A stretch of 64,000 nucleotides of DNA from Actinophytocola sp. Its GTDB lineage: Bacteria > Actinomycetota > Actinomycetes > Mycobacteriales > Pseudonocardiaceae. The position numbers were made by a program, and so were the translations under genes. Shown piece by piece: positions 58,873 through 64,000 of this stretch. The stretch is taken from contig WHUB01000008.1 in assembly GCA_009377395.1 (NCBI GenBank), positions 20,972-84,971 on the forward strand, in the 5' to 3' direction. Each line of letters opens with the position of its first letter. Within the stretch, counting starts at the first letter, position 1. Below the pieces are notes generated by a model. The model had not been told where the DNA came from and searched no databases. It worked only from the letters and a program-made list of their open reading frames with translations.

Positions 58873-59756
58873 GTCCTCACCTGATTCCTGCGGTAGTCGT
58901 TCCACGCCCAGGCGAGCGTCCGTCGCGCCATCACGGACAGGGCGTGCTTGCGGTAGTCGGCGGTGCCGCGCACGTCGTCGATCGGCGAGGCCGCCTCGGC
59001 TACCAGCGCGCCGAACCGCGTGACGGCTGCCGGATCCAGCTCGGCCCGGGAGTCCCAGCGGCCGGTGTCGGTCAGCTCGGCTGCCAGGAACGCCTCGGCG
59101 TCGGTGGCGCGGCGCGGCGTCGGCGCGGCCGAGCCGAACGCGGCGGCCACCGTTCCGGTGTTCGGGTGCAGCGCCAACGCGAACGCGGTCACCGAGATCA
59201 CCATGGCGTTGCGGGTGCCGATCTTGGCGAACTGCTGCGGGCCGTCCGCCGGTGGTGTGAGCACTGCCGCGATCAGCTCGTCCGGTGCCAGCGCGTTGCG
59301 TTTGACGCCGGTGTAGAACTCGGTGATCGGGATGTGCCGCACGCCGCGCAGGGAGTGCGCCTCGACCACGGCGTCGCTGGTGAGCAGCGGCGGGTGGGCG
59401 TCCCCGGCGGGGGACGCGGAGCCGAGGTTGCCCGCGACGGTGCCCCGGTTGCGGATCTGCGGCGAGCCGACTGTGCGGGAGGCCATCGCCAGACCGGGCA
59501 GCCGGTCGGCCAGCTCCGTGATGAGCCTGCTGTAGGTCACGCCGGCGCCGATGCGCAGCCGCTCGCCGTCGGGCGACCAGTCGTCGAGGTCGTCGATGCG
59601 GGTCAGGTCGAGCAGGTAATCCGGCCGGGTGGCGTCGAAGTTGAGCTCCACCATGACGTCGGTACCGCCCGCGATCGGCAGCGCGCCGGGGTGCTCGGCC
59701 TTGGCGGCAAGGGCCTCGGCCCAGGTGGCGGGTCGCAGGAACTCCATCGCCGTCAC
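58863..59756 (-). CDS. xanthine dehydrogenase family FAD-binding subunit
   Basis: MEFLRPATWAEALA...ALPIAGGTDVMVELN..., GAGVTYSRL, SPQIRNRGTVAGNL, ...TADYR. GTG 59756 overlaps the uricase stop (GTGA); alternative ATG 59747. Confidence 0.9.
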   Translation of the reverse strand: MTAMEFLRPATWAEALAAKAEHPGALPIAGGTDVMVELNFDATRPDYLLDLTRIDDLDDWSPDGERLRIGAGVTYSRLITELADRLPGLAMASRTVGSPQIRNRGTVAGNLGSASPAGDAHPPLLTSDAVVEAHSLRGVRHIPITEFYTGVKRNALAPDELIAAVLTPPADGPQQFAKIGTRNAMVISVTAFALALHPNTGTVAAAFGSAAPTPRRATDAEAFLAAELTDTGRWDSRAELDPAAVTRFGALVAEAASPIDDVRGTADYRKHALSVMARRTLAWAWNDYRRNQVRTCA

Positions 59757-60634
59757 CACGCCAATCCGGGCTCGGGGGCGGTGTCTTGGACGACGGTGCC
59801 CTCGATCAGGCCGTAGGGCCGGTCGGCCGCGAAGAACACCTCGTTGTCGTTGTCTAGCCCGAATGGCGCCAGGTCGACGACGAAGTGGTGCTTGTTCGGC
59901 AGCGACAGCCGGACCTCGGCGATCTCGGGGCAGTGTTCGAGCACTCGTTCGCCCATGGCGTAGAGCGTCTGTTGCAGCGACAGGCTGTGCGTGGTCGCGA
60001 ACGCCTCGGTCAGGTGGGCGCGCACCGCGTCGTAGGACTTGCCCCAGTCGCTGCCGGTGTCGCAGTGCCGCCACTGCGCGTTGACCGCGGTCGCCAGGAT
60101 GCGGTCGTGCGTCTCGGCCAGCGTGGTGTAGCGGTCCTTCGGGTATCCCCAGAACTCGGAGCCGGTGGTGTTCAAGACGACCAGGTCCTTCAGCCCGGAG
60201 ACCACCCACGCGCGCTCGCCGTCGGTGTCGTCCACAGTGGCCATCGCGGTCCTGGTCTCGCGGCCGGTGCGCTGGAACGAGTGCGGGGCCGGGGCGTCGC
60301 CGACGTCGATGCGCTCCCAGCCGTACTGCTCGACGCTGACGCGGGCGCGGTGGATCGGGTCCTGTGTGGACACGAAATGACGCGCGAGCCGCAGCGCGAA
60401 GTCCTCGATCTCGCCGACGCCGTGTTCCTTGGCGAAGGCGAACACGGTGTTCTTCTGGGTGTCGGTCGGCAGCACCTTGGCGTTGTCGCCGGTGAGGTGG
60501 GTGTCGGCGAGGTCGCCGGAGAGCGTCGTCGTGACGTTGAGGTCGACGATCTCGTGCGCCTCCGCGCCCCGGGTGACGTGCACCAGCCGGGTTTCGGCCT
60601 TGCCGTACTGGTTCGCGCCAAGCTGGATGGTCAT
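59753..60634 (-). CDS. uox: factor-independent urate oxidase (uricase)
   Basis: LGANQYGKAETRLVHV.R......VDLNV...L.GD......TGDN..V.PTDTQKNTV...AKE...., C-terminal ..NKHHF.VDL. Confidence 0.92.
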   Translation of the reverse strand: MTIQLGANQYGKAETRLVHVTRGAEAHEIVDLNVTTTLSGDLADTHLTGDNAKVLPTDTQKNTVFAFAKEHGVGEIEDFALRLARHFVSTQDPIHRARVSVEQYGWERIDVGDAPAPHSFQRTGRETRTAMATVDDTDGERAWVVSGLKDLVVLNTTGSEFWGYPKDRYTTLAETHDRILATAVNAQWRHCDTGSDWGKSYDAVRAHLTEAFATTHSLSLQQTLYAMGERVLEHCPEIAEVRLSLPNKHHFVVDLAPFGLDNDNEVFFAADRPYGLIEGTVVQDTAPEPGLAW

Positions 60635-60638
60635 GCGG

Positions 60639-60965
60639 TCAGCTCCCTCGGTAGGTGGAGTAGGCGAACGGGCTGAGCAGCAGCGGCACGTGGTGATGCT
60701 CGGCCGCGTCGGTGATCTGGAAGGTCACGACGACCTCGGGATAGAAGGCGCGGGTGCCGGCGAAGTAGGTCTCGGTGTCGAACACCAGCCGGTGCACGCC
60801 CTCGGGCGGGCCGTCGGTGACGAACTCGCGGACCCGGCCGTCGTCGTCGGTGGTGGCCTCGGCGACCGGTACCCAGCCGTCCTGCTTGCGGCTTTCCAGC
60901 CGGACCGGCACTCCGGCGGCGGGGCGGCCCCGCGCGCTGTCGAGGACATGGGTGGACAGGCTCAT
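60639..60965 (-). CDS. uraH: 5-hydroxyisourate hydrolase (transthyretin-like)
   Basis: 108 aa MSLSTHVLDSARGRPAAGVPVRL.....YHVPLLLSPFAYSTYRGS (C-terminal YRGS signature). The TTG-extended track ORF (to 61097) is rejected. Confidence 0.92.
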   Translation of the reverse strand: MSLSTHVLDSARGRPAAGVPVRLESRKQDGWVPVAEATTDDDGRVREFVTDGPPEGVHRLVFDTETYFAGTRAFYPEVVVTFQITDAAEHHHVPLLLSPFAYSTYRGS

Positions 60966-61101
60966 AACATCTCCAACTCTGTGACCTTCGCCGGTGGACG
61001 TAGCAGCTCCCGACGCTGTGCTGCGGTAGGACCGATCTCGGAGAGCCACCCTCGCCAGCTCGGGCGGCTCGCCTCCATCGGTCGGCGAAGCTCCCAACCG
61101 T

Positions 61102-61620
61102 TCATGAACGCAGCACCAGCCTTTCCAGTCGCAGTCGGTTGATCTTGCGAAGTTCCTCGCGCACCACGGCGCGTTCGGTCTCGGCGTCGTTGCCGAGCCG
61201 GGCGTGTAGTCGGGCGAGCAGCTGCTCGGCGGACAGGCCGGTGGCGCAGATCAGGAACACCCGGCCGAAGCGCTCTTCGTAGGCGGTGTTTCCGCTGGCC
61301 AGCTCGGCGCGCACCGCGTCGGAGGCGTTGGCCGTGCCGGACTGCTCCTGCCTTGACCAGCTCCCGCCGCCCGTGTTGTCGCCGATGCGCGGATGGCCCG
61401 CGATGGCTTGCTCGATGTCGTCCTCGGTGAGGTCGCTCATCGCGTCGTCGGAGGTGTTCAGCAGATCATCCAAAGATCGGTACGGCCTGCCCTTGGTCAC
61501 CGCGTCCGCCCAGGATGGGGCGGAGCAGCAGCGGAGCACGGCATCGCGTGCCGTCTCGGCGTCGGCGTTGTTGAGCCAGGTCAGCGCCGAGTCGTCGGGG
61601 TCGGGTGTGAGCTGCGCCAT
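61102..61620 (-). CDS. uraD: OHCU (2-oxo-4-hydroxy-4-carboxy-5-ureidoimidazoline) decarboxylase
   Basis: MAQLTP..LTWLNNADAETARDAVLRCCSAPSWADAVTKGRPY...IAGHPRIGD...WSRQEQSG...YEERFGRVFLICATG. Confidence 0.88.
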   Translation of the reverse strand: MAQLTPDPDDSALTWLNNADAETARDAVLRCCSAPSWADAVTKGRPYRSLDDLLNTSDDAMSDLTEDDIEQAIAGHPRIGDNTGGGSWSRQEQSGTANASDAVRAELASGNTAYEERFGRVFLICATGLSAEQLLARLHARLGNDAETERAVVREELRKINRLRLERLVLRS

Positions 61621-61727
61621 AGCAAGAAGTAGACCAATGCCGCACCCGTCGCGGCCAGTGGCAGGAGCCATGAAAGACCGGCCCCGAGACACCGCTGTAG
61701 TTGTAGGATCCTCCAAGAGGTGTTGCG

Positions 61728-63272
61728 ATGCGCGTCAGAGACCTGGTCGAGATGACCGACCTCCACCTGGTGCCGCTCACCGGTGACGCGGGCATGGACC
61801 GTCCGATCCGCTGGGTCTATACCACCGACCTGCTCGATCCCGGCCGCTATCTCACCGGCGGCGAGCTGGTGTTGACCGGGATGATGTGGCGGCGCGGTCC
61901 GGCCGACTCAGCCGAGTTCATGTCGGCCACGTCCGCGCGGCACGTCGGGTGTGTCGCCGCTGGTGACGCCGCGTATGGCACGGTGCCGCCCGATCTCGTC
62001 GAGGCGTGTGCCGAGCGGGGGATCCCGCTGCTCGAGGTGCCGGTCGACGTGTCGTTCGCGACGATCACCGACCGCGTGATCCACCTGCTCACCATCGAGC
62101 GGCAGGGTGATCTCGCCGAACAGCTCGACCGCAGGCGCAAGCTGCTGGCGGCCGTCGCCGAAGGCGCCGGGCTGGCGACGGTGCTGCGGCTGTGGTCGGA
62201 GGGTTCCGACGTGCGGTGTCTGCTGCGCACCGCGACCGGGAGGACGCCGGTGGCGGATGCAGACCCGGGTGACGATGCGCTCGGCGGGGTGCTGGCGGAG
62301 CGGTTTCTGACCGCGACGAGCCTGCCGCAGGTCGTCGTCACGACGGATGCCGGGGCGCACTCGTTGTTTCCGGTCGACGTGCGGAGCGAGCACCGGGCAA
62401 CGTCGTGGTTTCTGGCGTGTGAGGGCGATTTCCGGGAATGGCCGCGGGTCCGGCACGAGTCGGTGACCGAGCTGGCGTCGCTGCTCGCGCTGGAACGGGA
62501 ACGGATCGAGGAGGGCCGTCGGGCGGATCGGGTGGTTGCCGAGCAGCTGTTCCGGCTGGTGGTGTCGGGGCGTTCGACGCGGGAGGAGATCGCGGGCAGG
62601 CTCGCCGAGTTCGGGCTCGCCGACCAGCCGTATGTCGCGGTGTCGGCGTCGCTGCTGCCGGTCGCGGACGGGCAGCTCGCCTGCCGGATCCTCGATGAGG
62701 TACTGGCGACGGTGGTGCGGGACGGGCGGACGCTGGTCTCGGCCGTCGACGACGAGGCGATGGCGCTGCTGCCGCTGCGCTCGGACGCGGTGACGGAGCT
62801 GCTGCGCGCGCAGGCGGGGGCGCTCGCGCCCGCGATGGCCGACGGGCGACTGCTGCTCGGGCTGAGCCTGCCAACGTCGGGGCCGGACGGGCTGGGCGCC
62901 GCGCTCAGCGAGGCCCGGCAGGCCCGCACCCTGGCCGAGCTGCGCGGCGGCACGGTCGCCGTGCTCGCGACCGACGAGATCGACTCGCATGCGCTGCTGC
63001 TGGCCACGGTGCCGGACGACGTCCGGCGGACGTTCCTCGCGCGGGTGCTCGGTCCGGTCATCGACTACGACCAGCGGCACGGCTCGGACCTGACCGCGAC
63101 GCTGGAGGCGTTCCTCGCGGCGTCCGGGTCGTGGACGGCCTGCGCGGAGCGGCTTCACGTGCACGTCAACACGCTGCGCTATCGGATCAGGCGGATCGAG
63201 GAGCTGACCGGACGGTCACTCGCGTCACTCGAGCACAGAGTGGACTTCTTCCTCGCGCTGAGGGCTCGGTAG
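61728..63272 (+). CDS. pucR: PucR-family transcriptional regulator (purine catabolism)
   Basis: MRVRDLVEMTDLHLVPLTGDAGMDRPIRWVYTTDLLDPGRYLTGGELVLT (PucR N-terminal domain). C-terminal HTH ..ERLHVHVNTLRYRIRRIEELTG. Divergent from the purine operon. Confidence 0.88.
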   Translation: MRVRDLVEMTDLHLVPLTGDAGMDRPIRWVYTTDLLDPGRYLTGGELVLTGMMWRRGPADSAEFMSATSARHVGCVAAGDAAYGTVPPDLVEACAERGIPLLEVPVDVSFATITDRVIHLLTIERQGDLAEQLDRRRKLLAAVAEGAGLATVLRLWSEGSDVRCLLRTATGRTPVADADPGDDALGGVLAERFLTATSLPQVVVTTDAGAHSLFPVDVRSEHRATSWFLACEGDFREWPRVRHESVTELASLLALERERIEEGRRADRVVAEQLFRLVVSGRSTREEIAGRLAEFGLADQPYVAVSASLLPVADGQLACRILDEVLATVVRDGRTLVSAVDDEAMALLPLRSDAVTELLRAQAGALAPAMADGRLLLGLSLPTSGPDGLGAALSEARQARTLAELRGGTVAVLATDEIDSHALLLATVPDDVRRTFLARVLGPVIDYDQRHGSDLTATLEAFLAASGSWTACAERLHVHVNTLRYRIRRIEELTGRSLASLEHRVDFFLALRAR

Positions 63273-63275
63273 GGC

Positions 63276-63722
63276 ATGCGGATCCGAACGGCAGACAGCG
63301 CCGACGCCTCGGCCGTCACCGAGTTGCTGGACCAGCTGGGCTATCCCCAAGACGGCCAGCAGGAGACGGCGGCCCGAATCCAGGCCTGGGCCGACGACCC
63401 ATCGGGTGCCGCCTACGTGGCAGAAGAGAGCGGCGATCTGCTTGGCGTCATCGCCGTCCACGTCTGTCCGTTCTTCGAGCGTGACGGCGCTGGGGGCAGG
63501 ATCACGGCGCTGGTCGTCTCCGATCGAGCGCGCGGCCACGGCGTCGGCTCCCGACTCGTTGCCGCCGCCGAGTCCTTCGCCGTCCGTCGTGGTGGCTGCG
63601 TCCGCATGGAGGTCACCAGCGCCGATCGGCGTCATGACGCGCACGAGTTCTACCGGCGGCGCGGATACATCGACCAAACCGGAGCGTCCTCCCGGTTCCT
63701 GCGGGAGCTGCCAAGGACATGA
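63276..63722 (+). CDS. GNAT-family N-acetyltransferase
   Basis: MRIRTADSADASAVTELL....LLGVIAVHV....ITALVVSDRARGHGVGSRLVAAAESFA..RG...MEVTS...R.DAHEFYRRRGY. Confidence 0.88.
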   Translation: MRIRTADSADASAVTELLDQLGYPQDGQQETAARIQAWADDPSGAAYVAEESGDLLGVIAVHVCPFFERDGAGGRITALVVSDRARGHGVGSRLVAAAESFAVRRGGCVRMEVTSADRRHDAHEFYRRRGYIDQTGASSRFLRELPRT

Positions 63723-64000
63723 CGCGCGCTACCGTCGTCGGTGTGGTGGGACTGGAGGACATCGACTTCGACGGCGCCCGGGCGTACGCGATCCCGATGA
63801 CGACGCGGTTTCGCGGGATCACGGTGCGCGAGGGCATGCTGCTGCGCGGGCCGGCGGGGTGGGGCGAGTTCTGCCCCTTCCCCGAGTACGACGACCACAC
63901 CTCGGCGGCCTGGCTGGCCACCGTCGTCGAGCAGTGCGTGCTGGGCTGGCCCGAGCCGGTGCGGGAGCGGATTCCGGTCAACTGCACCGTGCCCGTGGTC
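63719..64000 (+). CDS. menC: o-succinylbenzoate synthase, N-terminal part (runs off window end)
   Basis: Hand translation: MTRATVVGVVGLEDIDFDGARAYAIPMTTRFRGITVREGMLLRGPAGWGEFCPFPEYDDHTSAAWLATVVEQCVLGWPEPVRERIPVNCTVPVV, the actinobacterial MenC N-terminus pattern. ATGA overlap with the GNAT stop. Confidence 0.75.
   Translation, partial: MTRATVVGVVGLEDIDFDGARAYAIPMTTRFRGITVREGMLLRGPAGWGEFCPFPEYDDHTSAAWLATVVEQCVLGWPEPVRERIPVNCTVPVV

Noticed and set aside
60966-61097. TTG-initiated N-terminal extension of hydroxyisourate hydrolase (152-aa track ORF).
   Set aside because: HIU hydrolases are ~110 aa and canonically begin MSLSTHVLD. A GGAGA RBS precedes ATG 60965. The extension is low-complexity.
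1-64000. tRNA, rRNA, transposase/integrase genes, prophage remnants.
   Set aside because: None were recognised on either strand by eye. The accessory blocks lack flanking direct repeats or att-like sites that I could see. A tRNAscan/ISfinder run would be needed to be certain.

Overview
High-GC (~70%) actinobacterial chromosome segment. I recall the backbone gene order (IclR-leuCD-hupB-mutT1-ppk-fbiD-gpsA-ddl-DUF3515-thiL-ung-rpmB-DAK2-recG-pyc-rsmD-coaD-yceD-rpmF-rnc-mutM-acyP-smc-ftsY) as the conserved Mycobacterium/Streptomyces/Pseudonocardiales core block. It is interrupted by small accessory insertions: a PIMT-like methyltransferase with a decayed GNAT gene; a sulfatase/cupin/PNPOx/MocR block; a GNAT with an orphan AAA-DUF234 ATPase; an adenylate cyclase with a HelD-like gene; an orphan HTH gene; and a Thr/Ser-rich surface protein. 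From 44.3 kb onward the content is accessory: dinB, an ABC-2 exporter with a LuxR/HisKA_3 two-component module (kinase frameshifted), proVWX, and a nine-gene translationally coupled purine-to-allantoin operon with a divergent PucR regulator. I support about 60 CDS. I recognised no rRNA, tRNA, CRISPR, transposase or integrase. Most of the very long ORFs in the track are alternate-frame GC artefacts, and many real starts are GTG/TTG inside the listed ORFs. Most worth a second look: (1) an NCS2 purine permease fused to an OHCU-decarboxylase-like domain whose signature His and Glu are replaced, beside a canonical stand-alone uraD; (2) a ~145-nt intergenic repeat present twice in the same orientation in convergent 3' gaps (after ddl and after ftsY); (3) an orphan AAA+/wHTH/DUF234 ATPase preceded by a 40-bp AT-rich island carrying three phased GTTAG-N-CTAAC boxes; (4) an amidohydrolase wedged by ATGA overlaps between the xanthine dehydrogenase Fe-S and Mo subunit genes; (5) a 136-nt intercistronic spacer with a nested three-way-junction fold inside the purine operon; (6) two decayed genes and a 21-bp tandem repeat. 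All functional calls rest on reading motifs by eye; no database search was run.
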